A stretch of 64,000 bases of DNA from Balanoglossus misakiensis. Its lineage: Eukaryota > Animalia > Hemichordata. The notes under the pieces are model-generated. The model was not told the origin of the DNA. It saw only the letters and a program-made list of their open reading frames with translations, and did no database searches. Below, one piece after another: positions 50,801-64,000 of this stretch. Both the position numbers and the translations under genes were made by a program. Each line of letters begins with the position of its first letter. Position 1 is the first letter of the stretch. The stretch spans positions 6,371,519-6,435,518 of the forward strand of contig CM082578.2 of assembly GCA_040954595.2 (NCBI GenBank), given 5' to 3'.

Positions 50801-53800
50801 GTGGTGTACTCATTCATGCAACGACCCAACCTGATTAAAATTAGATGCAAAGATTGGCTTGTTTCCTTTCTCTTTGCTTTGTCCTTTGTATTCCCATGGA
50901 GGTACTAGTACTTAGTACCTCCATGGTATTCCTATGAACTGTCCCTTGTTTGTAGAGAGATCATGACAGAGGAAGAGAAGCCCCTTGTATGATTTTCAGA
51001 AAAGTGATAGTTCTCCAAACCTTTGAATTCTTTGCTATCTGTATATAACAATGTAAATTGTGTGAGGAGTCTTTTTGAAAGCAAAGAAGGAAACCAGGTG
51101 TTTTCTGTCTTGTTTTCACAAAAATCTCATTTCTTTCAATTTTCTCCATTGAGTTAACACAGAGATTGGCAGCCATTTTGAATTTCAAATTTGACACAAT
51201 TCTGAGGATTCAACAGTCTGCGATGTAAATATAATCTGAATCAAGGTGAAAAATCTTCAAAATCATGACAAAGCAGAAATAGCGGCACTAATAGTCTAGC
51301 GAGAGTCTCTCTGGAAAACTGTTTGTACTGGCAAGAGAAAGAAGTGGACTATGGGAATTGCAGGCATGCCACAGATAAACACTCAACACTTTGTTTACAA
51401 TACTGACACTTTTATACAGTTAATGTTTATTGAAGGCATCCTCGCGGAACATGCAACAATTTGAACAGTTGAAGTGAAACAGAGCCAAGCCTTTTTTTCC
51501 ATGTACAATTCAAAACTAATACTTGGCAAGGTAAATGTTGAGACAGAAATATCAAAATTTCCCCTTGTGCTTCAAGAATATATCTTAGTTTTGTTGAATT
51601 TCAAGCATTACACTTGGTGAAACACAAGCTAGTTGGATTCAAATACTGCTGCTTGAAACAAGAACTATTTCAAGCAACTGCCCAATTTTCAAAAATAGAA
51701 ACTACACTTTACAGTTTACAAGAACGTGAACTAATCCATCATCCCATATGCTAGTCTAGATCCAGCCGTGTGTTGTCCTCTATGCTTCTAATCTTGTTGC
51801 TTTGGGGGGTGAGTGGATGATATGGGTCAATGCAAGTTTCATTCTAGCTCTAAATATTGACCGTTCTCGTCTTTATTTAGCAACAGATACCATAAACACG
51901 ACAGACCTCTTCCCTGGCCTGCTTATAAACATTACCAATAATATCTCTTTCCAGTGACCTTAACCTCTACGATGATCAGGAGTCAACCATTCTTGAAATT
52001 CTATCAAACTTTATTGGAGTAAAATGGTGACTTTCTTTATCCAATTATGAGTGAACTTGAGTCAGATTGACGTAACCAGAATGCTGTAATCCTGGCAAAA
52101 ATCTCCATCCACAGAATTGACTTTACATTCTATCTGCCAAATGATACAATTATACAGAACCAACTGTATGACTGCATCCTCATAGAACATCATCAGATGA
52201 ACTCTCTTTGTTGTTACACATAAAGCAGCAGTACATAATACTCAATAGCTAAACTGACAACAGAGACAGTGTTGACGGTTTCCACTTTGAAAAATGAATT
52301 TACGGTGGATAGCTGTAATTCAACTTTCTTCATGATTTTGTGGAGTTCACTCATAATTGTATGGACACAGTGCACCATATGTAGTGGGATTTACTTTACG
52401 TTAGGAGAACGTAACTTTCATATTTAAGGTATTATCATATTAAAGAATTATAAATACCTACATCATTCAAAGGAAGATGTACACACTGTGTCTTCTGTTT
52501 ACACTAATGCTATACACATACACCTGCACTACATATACTAACAGTGATACAACCTTATCGTTAACTTATGTACAGTACACTGTTCTATTGTATAATTAGG
52601 CTCTCAAATTGAAGTGATAGTGGCAGGCATTACCTGGACGGCAGTGAGTCCTGCTAGTACATGTAGGTTGGAAAATGCAGCGTGCGACAAAGACCAGATG
52701 CAGGGTTAGTATGTTTGATTTGAAATGAGAGAGAGAGATAGTGAACTTTACCCCTGTATGTGATAGTGACAGTGTGTATACTGTCAATTTTGAGCTGATA
52801 ATGACCATGTTCTATGAGTAAAGATGATATGAATATCAGTGTGAAGATAAGATATAGTGAGACGAGGCTGAAAATAAAATAAAAATCAGAGCAGAAAAGA
52901 TGACGTCGAAACATACTATTAATATTAGTTTCACGAAATGTTCATTTCATGTACATGTGAAAATAAATGGGCATAATACTGTACTGGTCCATATAAGAAA
53001 ATATAAAAATAATAATCATAAAACTAGTTTGGCAGGAACTGACAGTTATTATGACATGGTTCTGATTGATGAGGATGATTTCATCAGTAAATGAACGGTG
53101 TTGTGAATTAATAAATGTATTCATTAGCATGTAACCAGTCATGTGAATGAGTCCATTCACAATCTGATGTCATCATTTCCTATACAAATGTAGTTCCATG
53201 TTAATACATGTAATTAATTATCTGCCATACTTTCAGACCATTTACATCAATAGAGCGTTGTTGTTTTTTTGCGAAATGACTACAAGATCACTTTCCAGTG
53301 GTTGAATGGTTGACAACTGAGATAGGGTTGGCAATCGAATAAAAAGCAAAAGAAAATACGGGGGAAAAAAGATTTCTGAGTTTATAAAGAGAATGGTGTT
53401 TGACAATGTCAGCATTGAATACAAAAGCACCTGGTCAATGCAATCGCAGGAAGTGCATTGTAATTTGTATAAAGAATTCTCTTACCATTGATTGTCGAAC
53501 ACATCAAGTGTTTCAGAGGTGGTGACTTTTAAAATAATTTGCTTAGCTTACAGATGGGATGGAAATTGAAAAATGCCAGAAAAGCATACTGAGCATACAT
53601 GAAACTGTAAAACTGACAAAATTGATAACACTGGAAGACTAATATTTCCCTACAAATGTCTGCACGTTTAGTGAAATGTAAATGTTAATGTACTTACCCA
53701 TGATGGAGACATCATACTCTATCAACATGACTGCATTGTGTCCGCTCTGTTTCAAGGCGGCAATGGCCTCTGAGTGCGACGCATTGGCCAAACTGATGCC

Positions 53801-56800
53801 ATCCACAGACAGCAGTCGATCACCAATTTTTAGAGTCCCTTCTCTGTAAAAGAGAGATGGTGAGTAGATCTTAGTAGGTGTTTAACTTGCAGTGCCATCC
53901 ATTCATGGTGTCTCCCTCCCATCCAACACAAGTAACTACACCCATCCATCCATCCAACTGTACATATACATGTACATATAATCATTGATCCACCTAATCA
54001 CACCAACCAACACACTGACCCACCCTTCCAACCCCCCACCCCCCTAAAATCCATCCCTCCAGTCATCCATCCATCCAACCAACTGTACATACACTTAGCA
54101 ATCTACCCAACCACACTACCAACACACCAACAATGTATACAATGCGATTTATTGTGAATTATAGGGAGACCAATTTCTAACCCATTTGAACACTGTCATC
54201 TCTAAGAATATCAAACTCACAGACTCCATCAGAAGTGAGATTCTCACCAACAACTAACTCATTCTCACCTGTCAGACGGTCCACCCGTTCTAATGTGACA
54301 CACAGTCAGGGGGCGACTTTTGGTTTCGTCCGAGTAAATGCCTCCCCGCACGACAAATCCAAAGCTGTTGTTCTCCTTTGCCAACGTCAGCTCAACTGTC
54401 TTGGTTATGACAGTCAGTCCATTTTCAAATGCTAGTGAAGACATTTTGTATAAAAAAGTTCATCAGAGAATACCCAGCATTACAGTGACCCGAACAGGGA
54501 CAGTTAATAATACTGGTAGCTGCAAATTTTGAGAATTATTTCGAGAGTCACATGCCTGTGTATGAAAAAGAATATCTTTTTCTCGAATACTTTCTAAAAA
54601 TTTCACACAATGATCAGAACACAAAAAGGCAATTAAAATTCACCAGCATGGCTGGACTTATAATACTTCTATTCAATTTTCAAAAAGTCCCAATTTCTGG
54701 CTAAAGAAACAGAGCGTCCATTGGCAAATAATTTAAATCCTACATATCTGTACAATAAACATACAGTGCATTTTCAATTGTTCTCTCATATTCTAATTTA
54801 GCAACATTAGTTTCTGGACAATTCATAGCGTTTATTTCAAAACTCCTAATCTCACACCTGTTAGGAGTTAAACTGAGAACGATAGCATGTATGAAATGCT
54901 TCTGCAGCTATTCTAGCTTTTATTTCTTATTTCCTTCAAGTGGTAAATACAGCCTTACGTGTAGGTGGCAGTTCATATTCCAGCTCCAGAGTGACTCGCT
55001 CGCCGGCGTTCTTCAAAAGGTTGATGATCTCATCGTGTTTTAGATTGGTCGTTCTGATACCATTCACTGAAGAGATGATGTCGCCAACCAGCAGAGAGTC
55101 TGATCTCTGGGCAATGCCGCCAGTTCTCAGGTTGGACACCCAGGGCTTACAGTCTTTGTCAACTCCACCTGAAAAAGAAACAGAATAGTACATGTAAGTA
55201 AGAATAAAGTAGGTAACAAACAAGCAAACAAACAAAATATGACATTGGTTTAGCATTTTGTGCTCAGAGAAATGTAACCGTTCAAGTCTGATGTACCTTT
55301 TGAACTTTCACAATACTGCTGCACTTTTTTGTGAGTCTCCACTAACCACAAACTAATCTTTTCAAAATATGCCAAATTTGAGCTGTATCCATCCTAACCT
55401 GTAGGCACTGTTACAGTGTGTGCATAAAAAATTAAAGATCACATACAGTCTGAGTGAAGAAGGTGGAAGAGGAGTTTAACCCTTTCACCACTATGGTTAG
55501 GTGAAAGGGTTCTTAACCATAGTATACATAGATTGAGAGTTTTTGTAACAAGTTACCTGATATTGTGAGACCAAGACCACGGCCTTCTCTTTTGATTAAA
55601 TCCACCGTTACTTTCCCTTTTCTTTCCTCTAAAAATACAAAAACAACCATCATGTCCGAACAACATGGCACATTCAAAATTTCAAAAGTGACAATGGTAA
55701 AATTAAATAAATTTTCAAAGAAAAACATTCACTCATTCACATCAAGACTTTCATTTACAAATGTATGACATTCAATTTACAAAATTGGTAGTAGAAATAG
55801 TGACTATTTTTTACGGTTTATATCTCAAGAGGTCATAAAATAAAAATACAAGGTGATCATAAACTTACCACATATGCTCTGCCTTCTGTTCTGTACAGCA
55901 TCTATTTCCTCAACCACTTCATTTGGTTCATGGTGGTGTGTTCTCTTCCGATTTGATCCAGGCTCTGAAGAACAAACATATGAATGAGGGGTGTTGGCAT
56001 GGCACATACAGAATACAGTAATACAGAATTTGACGAACTTAGACACAAACTTGGCAGTTTGACCCCCCCCCCCCCCAAAAAAAAAAAAAAAATGCTCCAG
56101 ATCTCACTGGATTGGCTGTGTGGTCTAATACAGGCCCTTAAAGGGACAAAGTCTCTCTCTCGCTGCCCTTTTTTCCATTAATTATATTTGATATAAGACA
56201 CTGTTTGTTATGCTACATGTGGATATATAGTGAATCAACGTTTAACCACACACAACTTCCATCCCTCTCATAGACAGGAGAGTGAAAAAACTCGCCAAAT
56301 GAATAATCGTTCTTTACCATTTATTCATTTTGGGCGAGTTTTTACTCTGATATCATACAAACAGGATGGAAGTTGTGTGTTGTTGATCATTGATTCACTA
56401 TATATCCACATGTACATTAACATAAACAGTGTCTTGTATCAAACATAATTAAAGGAAAAAGGGCAGCGAGAGAGAGTTTGTCCCTTTAACTTCGCAGGCT
56501 AACGGGTGGGCTGGGTGCTGTACGCATTTACTCATGAACAGTGCAATGAGGCACAGTAAAAACCCAAATGAAGGTGTCAAAAAAAATTTGAGTGTGCATG
56601 GTGGCTGATCAAGATAGAAATTTCTGTACAAGAACAATATATTTTCTTCTGACGTACAACCTGGACACATCAGAAAATGTGTGTATTCCTTTAACAGAGA
56701 CCCAAATGTCTCTTTTATTCAATAAATATTTTGTTTCTCACACTTCACTGACAAATTGGACAATTATTTTGTTAACACTCCACAGTTTACAAACCCACGC

Positions 56801-59061
56801 AGATGGCTGCTGGCTCAGTGATATCCAATGACCCTTCCACACTGTTTTTTTTGTTCCTTCACAACTTTGGGAATCAGGGTATAGACTTTCCTGAATCATT
56901 GAAACCCACCAGAGACCAACGCATGAAAGTGCTTAAAATTGTTGTTCCTTGAGAATGTGTGCACTAATGGGAGCTTTCCCTTGAGAAAGACGTTTTCCCT
57001 TCAACTACATGTACATTCCCTGAGCACAAATCCATCTGGCATACAAGTACATGTACCCAGAACACAGGGCAGCTTTTTATTCCATTCTCTCAATGCACAG
57101 CACTTTGGCGACTTGAGCTGCGGGCCGTGGTTTATCCATCACAAGACTACAGCGTAGACTAGATTACACTGCTTAAATGACAGACTTTTCCCATTAATTC
57201 TTGATCCAAGTTCAAGCAGATTCCACTTACACACGTTAAACGACCATTGAGTCTTATCGTCCATGTCTGCTCCCTCCACTTTCCCACAACCTGATTTCAC
57301 TTTCATGTTTACTAACCCTGGAATGTCGGGCAAGGAGCCAAGTTCAAGACACGCTATTGCTATCACTTGTTGCTATAGCAATTGTATCTTGAAATTGGTT
57401 TATCTGCTAAATTTTGATAACTAGAAAAAAACATGTACACATATATGATGGACTAATGTTCAAACATTAGTATGTACATATACATGTGAGTTTGCATCAA
57501 TCCTTGCCATCAATCTTTCTTTATAGGCTCAAACTATAAATTTACTAGTACATGTTTTAGTAACCACACATGACTCTAAAAAATGTCACAAATTTACAAC
57601 TAGATGACACTTTGGGGCTTCAAGAAACTGATGAGTACCGGGTATACTAGTAATTTTTGATGGGATTTTGTTTCTGGTTGGTACATGTAATATACTGCCT
57701 GAAATCAACATCCCAAAGATACCCAGACGAGGCTTTTGTGATTGATCATTCCATGTGCTGTAGTCTTGCTATCAAAGTAGTAAAAGATATGTCGCATGCA
57801 TGTACTAGGAACTTGACACAAAATACATTGTATTCCACAACTAACTCTGCCACACCTTAGCACACTGACGATTACTGAAAACAACTGCTTTTTAACTAAT
57901 AATTATACATTTACAAATGTTTCTATGGTGAACACTCATTTCCACCCACATTTAACTTCAAGTTCAAGCACACTTCCACAGTCAGGACGTAAGTGGGGTA
58001 ATTAAGGCGGTGAGATCAAAGAGATCTATTTGAATGTGAACGTCGCTGAGTGGCAGTTACGGCCAGTTGGAAAAATTTTCAAACGGAGATTTTCGGTACT
58101 ACAAGTGATCGTAGTGCATCCATTTTTCTAAGACGTGTATGAAACACCATAGTCAATGATAGGATGATTTTTCGTGAAGTTTTAACGACGCGTTCCCGAG
58201 ATAGACAGTTTCGGTATGTTGGTTTAAATAGTGGTCCTTGACTCTCGGCAAAGATTTCTTGTCTTGAAAAAAATTGGGTAGGTTAGGAAGATATTGAACT
58301 AAGTTACCGTGAAATTATAATAGTGTGAGCCGCTCCGTTGTGGAGTAATGACGGTGTAAAAATTGCCTTCGCCATCGACGAGTACAGCCGTGTTTGCCAT
58401 ATGTGTATGCATTGAAGTAGGTCAACGCTTGTTAACCCATGACGTAATGGCTTCCTTTTCAACGCGTCGTTATCTCTCATTAGCATATTACATAAGGAGT
58501 CTATACACTATTCACGCTGACTGACTTCTCAGGACTGACCTATGGCACTGTAAATTGTGGTCCTTGACTCTCGGCATGGATATATTCATGTCAAAATTAT
58601 GAATAGAGGAGTTTAATAATGTTTCTAAAACCTGAGGGGGTTAATTTTTGTGTGGGTATGGCTGATATTTTTTTTTTGATTTTTTAACTTCAAGGTCACT
58701 TTGAATTTCGTGATCACAATTTTGTCAGTGGAAGTAAAGAAATTCTTCTCGATAAAACTTCATGAAAAATCACATGTAGTACACTCATAGTACCAGTAAT
58801 GTGCCTGGGGTGAAATAATTGTCAGAAATGGGTTGCAAGTTGCTTAACTTTCGTTGTGAAAAAAGTTGAAAAACTGTATGCAAATGAGCAATTCAAACGT
58901 TACTGGCCAGTTTCAGTGTTTGCATTGCATGATCCCCTGCGGTTTAATTACCCCACTTACGTCCTGACTGTCCAGGAAATGTGATAAAAGCTACATGTAC
59001 ACCTTTCACATCCCATATGATTCTTACCTTTTGGCTCGCTGGCTGAGAAACACGACGTCAT
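41874..59061 (-). CDS. GRIP1: Glutamate receptor-interacting protein (7-PDZ scaffold, GRIP1/2 orthologue)
   Basis: Exons: 59028-59061 (candidate ATG exon), 55869-55964, 55557-55628, 54959-55168, 54269-54431, 53698-53843, 50248-50395, 49494-49672, 48864-49010, 47507-47696, 46958-47097, 46660-46737, 46271-46340, 45722-45867, 45353-45494, 44706-44889, 42509-43366, 41874-42077. Diagnostic sequences [78 protein letters not shown]-terminal TKTL. The 5' end and possible extra small exons are uncertain. Confidence 0.92.
47403..47494. mobile_element. piggyBac-like MITE remnant
   Basis: taaccctttcaccccc...ccatagtggttaaagtgttaa, similar to the 2774 and 55476 copies. Confidence 0.45.
50895..50925. mobile_element. 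31-bp micro-MITE with 7-bp TSD (P-element-like ends)
   Basis: gtattcc|CATGGAGGTACTA gtact TAGTACCTCCATG|gtattcc. Confidence 0.65.
55476..55511. mobile_element. piggyBac-like MITE remnant, internally deleted
   Basis: ttaaccctttcaccactatggttaggtgaaagggtt. Confidence 0.45.
57979..58970. mobile_element. ~1-kb non-autonomous DNA transposon with 27-bp TIRs in a GRIP intron
   Basis: tcca|CAGTCAGGACGTAAGTGGGGTAATTAA ... TTAATTACCCCACTTACGTCCTGACTG|tcca (4-bp TSD). Internal direct repeat gtggtccttgactctcggca at ~58231 and ~58557. Confidence 0.85.
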
Positions 59062-62000
59062 GGTGTTTTCTATAAAAATTCTTGAATTTTGACCTTCCTT
59101 AGAATCCCCCTAGATTTGGTCGAGTGTCTCGGTTACCAGATACAAAATATGATTCCTGCTGTACCCTTACTGTGACTGCCAAACACAATTTGGAAATGCT
59201 ATATTGCTACAGCGCGGGGCTGTGACCTTACGACACTGTGTCAATCGCTACATCCAAACGGGATCCACAATTTCAGTCCTTGGGTTATATACACAGGAAG
59301 AAGTCTGGTACATGTACTTGGATGATGTGTGTGGAAGGCTTTGGATAAAAAACCTAGTATCGCCCACATGGATCTACCAAACGCAACCATGTGTGAACTG
59401 CGCACCAGAACGTTCCATCACAAATGGGTTAAACCGGTCCGATCTGTGATTCCTTTGGATCATGTAAATCCCTTGAAAGCATCCGAGATATTAGGGTAGT
59501 GTGCAAAACAAAGCAAAACATGTAAAGAAAGCTTTCCCTTAATGTACCGATAATGGCATATAGTATTCACCTATGGGACATCCCCCCTCACTAACCCCCC
59601 CCCCCCCCCATTGTAAATGGGCTGTTCCTTAAGTAATCAACTCCGGTGGCAACAAACAAAGGCCCTTTCAGAAGTCTGGGAAACTCTCACTTGTGTTTAA
59701 TGGTATTTCCAACATGCAGACAAACTCAGCCAGGCCACAGGTTTCAATATCCAGTCAAAGACTTCTGCGGTAAAAACTGCCCCTGGACAGCTAGTCAATT
59801 TTCACACGGCATAAATCACTCGGTAAGTGTACAACGTGGTTACTTCATTTCAAAAGAAAAATTAATATTTTATTTTAATACAGTATTTGTGCTTTGCAAA
59901 TGTGTGTCCGTTGATGGACAGCAATGCCCCTGTCAGTTCCATAACTCACATAAATTCATGTCAATCAATGCTTTACATTGTAAAAACTCCATCTTACTAT
60001 TCTCAGTCACAAATTGTTGTCATCTATTTTCACATTACACATGTAGTATACAACATATCAGTCTAGAAGAGGCTTTAATGCGATTTTAATCAGATTTAGA
60101 GTATGGCAACGTCTTTTACTTTACGTGGTACGATATTCTTATGTACATTGTACATGTAGTGTGAGTCCGAAGCATAAGAGAATCACTCGAATACGACGTG
60201 TTATCAACCAAACTTCATGTAATAGCCCCTAAGTATTCCTTGCCAACAACTGAAAATACATTGTACTGGAATGCTATGCCGTCAGTTGCTGAGCCAGGCA
60301 TAGCAAAGTGAAGACAGTACTGATTTTGTTGTGATACTCATACTGGGATGGACAACACACACGTCACTTGCCCCACTGAACAAAAATGTCACAAAATCTG
60401 AACACTGGGGGCGCACTTGAATATGGTAGCCATAGTCACTGTGTCAGTGCGCGTGGGAATAATTATTTGAAGATGTCCATGCTACATGTACATGTATGGG
60501 TTGAGACATTACTATTGTGGCATGCATATCCATCACTGGCGGTATAAGTGACCCTTAGATGACCTTACCACATCACCATAAACAAACTGACTATGCCAGC
60601 TATGTACTGAATGCAAGCATAGCTATAAAATGGAGGCATGGCACTGCAAATATTTGTAATGTAACTATCTGTGTTTTGGAGCTTTCCTACATCTAGCATA
60701 CAAATAGACTATCAAGCAACAGCCTTGCTGCAAGTGCAAAATAATTTATAATGGCCATGATTTATGAAGACATTACAAATCCCCTATTAGCAGTGAAATA
60801 AAACCTCAGCTGTCTTCACAGTTTCCAGTTTTGACAATTGCGTCGACTGACCTGCTTCCTGCAGACAAGATCTATGTAGACTCACTATATCCTATCCATT
60901 TCTAGTCACGCCTATTTTATATCTGTTTAATGTACACGGAACACTGATCAGGTTCAATCATTCAATATTCATGCTGGCCAAGGATTATCAACCTAAATGT
61001 ACAACTGTGGAAATAGCTTTCATATGGCAGTGAGGGTCATGTCAACCATCATTGAGCAGAGTCACTCAGTGATAATAAGACCGTGCCCTCACCCACGGTC
61101 AAACTGCGTTGTGAGAGCTGTATGTCCACATTTACCAACAAATTAACTGTGTGTTCGTACAAATAGACATATTTAGTACATGTAACTATCACAACAAACA
61201 TTGGGTTGAGTCACACATTGCAAGACATTCTGCACTAGCGCCACCAACGTTCATACAGGTATTGACCTTTGTTTTCTGACGATGCAGTCAGAGGGGGGGG
61301 GGGGGGGGAGAGACATGTACCTTCGCAACTGGGTGATATAATTGATATGCAGATAATTTTTCTGCGCACATGATGTACATGTACGTATGTTCCTGGTGCT
61401 CTGTTAGAACACCGAACAGCCACTTGATTGGAGAAATATTGTAAATAGCGAACATTCTGCATTTGAAGTTGGAAAAGACATTTACTGAAACTTCAAAGTG
61501 CAACTCAGTACACACACTGATGTTTTGTTATCCAAGCAATGAATGTGCTGTTATGTCATGCATCACTGAGGACAAAATAGACTGTTCTCGCACTCTTTTG
61601 TTTCCAAGTATCTTATGCAATCATTGAAATGTCAAGTGCTCCACGGACAAGTTAGTACAAATATCCAGAGTGAACAAATACACTAGACCAAGCTCATGGG
61701 CTAGAAGTTGTTACTACTGGACTTATTTGCTTGTTCTGATTATTCACGAGGCTAGTGACAGTTTCATCAATTTTTTTGTCGTAATGTGTCTCACAAAAAC
61801 GGATAAAAATTGATTAAACTTTACTAACTATAAAATTTAATGCCCACTGAGTCTGTGTGCATGATGAAGTGAAGCGTCCCTCCATATGGTGGCAAGCTGC
61901 GATAATTTGTATGTGTAAGTACATGTACATGTTAGATGAAGATTTGATCAGTGTACAAATTTCGTAATGCAAAAGAAAAAATCTGATGTAACAATCTGCA

Positions 62001-62671
62001 GTTAGCTGAAATTGAAAAACAATGTGTATCATGAGCTAAAGTTCCTGAACAGGGACACAGAAGAGTTTTATAGGGCCATCAAAATTCCCAAACCAATGAA
62101 GAAGTCAAGAAAACCCTGAAAACGACCTTTCCTCGCTAAATCACCCGTCTTTCTGTTTATCATAAAGAACAGGCTACATGTACGTGTACATGTACACGTA
62201 CACATGCCGTACCACGCCTATTAAATCTCAAATCTTGGGAAGTATCACATTCTCAGCTTCAGACAGCAGTCAGACAACAAAGGGAGATGTGCTATTTTCA
62301 GTATCTAAATTATATGTCTCGTGAATTGGAATTTCTCAGCCACCACCCAGAATGAACATATGTATTTCTAGCTTTTGTGGTCGTGTGGGATCTAACATGT
62401 ATTACTGCTACCATCATTGCAATCTATCCCTTGAACTTTAGACCAAGCAGATGACCTGTGCATGTGTGGCAAGGGATGGCATTGACACCAATTCATTTCC
62501 AAAGAAGTAAATAAACAGCCTGCAGGGCTTGTATGTAGATACATGTGGCATGAATGAATTGGTCCGGAGGCAGCTGTTCATCAACCTCCATCAATCACTG
62601 TATTAAACTGGAGATGTGGAGTACACGTATACCAAACTTCCAGAGGCACTGCTAAAAACCCTCCATTCCCT

Positions 62672-63058
62672 TAGTCTAGAATCTATCCGTTCGTAGTCGC
62701 ATTCACCCTACTACCATCTAGGACCGCAGAACCAAAATCTAGAAAGGCCATAAAAATGGTAATTTGAATGTGAATAGTCTCCAACTGAGCAGTCTGACGT
62801 CAGAGAAGTCAATCACTTACGTTGACCGACTACTGATTGGCAATGAGGTGATGACGTTGAATGTTAATTATGTTTACAATGTAGCTCCGCCCCGAATGAT
62901 ACATAATCATGATCACGTGGTGACGCTTGACGTCAGACTGCTCAGTTGGAGACTATTCACATTCAAATTACCATTTTTATGGCCTTTCTAGATTTTGGTT
63001 CTGCGGTCCTAGACGGTAGTAGGGTGAATGCGACTACGAACGGATAGATTCTAGACTA
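62672..63058. mobile_element. 387-bp MITE with 131-bp TIRs, TAG..CTA ends, 9-bp TSD (Academ/AcademH-like)
   Basis: TIRs 62672-62802 and 62928-63058 (one mismatch seen); TSD CCATTCCCT at 62663-62671 and 63059-63067. Confidence 0.9.
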
Positions 63059-64000
63059 CCATTCCCTATGCATGAGTGCATTTGACAGATTGAGAACTAC
63101 AATGTACATGTGCATGTACAAGGGGGGAGAGGGGGTTAGGTGGGGTGGAGAGAGGACATGCCTGGTACTCAAAGTGGGTCACGCCAGCTGCAATAATTGC
63201 AGTGCTGGGTCGCTGTTTTCGCTTTTTACTGACTACATGTATGTCGGAGACCCTAATTGGACATGGTCGGAAAGCGAAAACAGCAACCTTCTGCTACAGT
63301 TATTGCTAGCAAGGGCCACACTAGCTCTTCCTACATACAACATGAGTTGATAAGCCAAGAATGCTGCGTGTCAAATACTCTTTAGAAAACAGAATCTGAA
63401 ACTGTTTCTCAGTATGACCACAAAAATTCCGACACCAAAGAATTCCAGTCACAGTGACTGGAAGATATTATGTTATATTTTACTGCTGGAGATACAGGAT
63501 TATGAGAGGTTCAAAACTACATGTACATGTATGTTCCTCTCTCTTGTACAAGGGTTGGTACAGTATGTAAAGCTGTGACTTTCAATACAAAGATGACTAC
63601 GAAATTCAAATACTACGCTAACATGATCACCATGAACTCCAAGATACCAAGAAAAAGCTCCTCCTCCCCAAGGGCTTATTAGTATAAACAGTTTAACGAG
63701 TTGTAATCAGTTTAATTGAGTCTTTACACTGAAGTAATCACATGTAATAGCCGCGGGTGTCTCTGTCGTATCAAGTTTCAGAATTCTGACATGACAACAG
63801 CTTCCACTTCTGAGTTCTCAAATGCTGACCTCAGTGTTAGATTTCCCCAAACGATGTAACAATTCTATGTACCGATTCTCTTTGTTGCTAAATGGAATGA
63901 CGTGTGGAATGTGGACATGTGTGGATATAGTGCTCAAACGCTGACTGCAAAAATGCACATTAATCACCAATAATTTATTTCATACAGTATGCTATCGGTA

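Overview
Eukaryotic (animal) genomic DNA with spliced genes, microsatellites and many small DNA-transposon relics. The style suggests a marine invertebrate deuterostome such as a hemichordate or amphioxus, which is an inference. Six protein-coding genes can be rebuilt with phase-consistent GT-AG introns: SLC37A3 (minus, 15 exons); a ~1450-aa protein with a degenerate GlnD/DUF294-like nucleotidyltransferase (NTase) region plus 14 TPR repeats (minus); an intronless SLATT-like 2TM protein with an N-terminal MGCxxS acylation motif (plus); a secreted PAN-EGF-F-type lectin with an unrecognised C-terminal domain (minus, 9 exons); a YitH-like GNAT acetyltransferase nested antisense in that lectin gene's intron; and the 7-PDZ scaffold GRIP (minus). 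The most interesting candidate is the divergently oriented NTase-TPR gene and SLATT effector gene. The pair recalls bacterial nucleotide-signalling defence modules (NTase plus SLATT membrane effector), but a functional link is only a hypothesis. Several hairpin MITEs with clean target-site duplications (TAG..CTA ends with 9-bp TSD; CAT(A/G)G ends with 7-bp TSD) are also visible.
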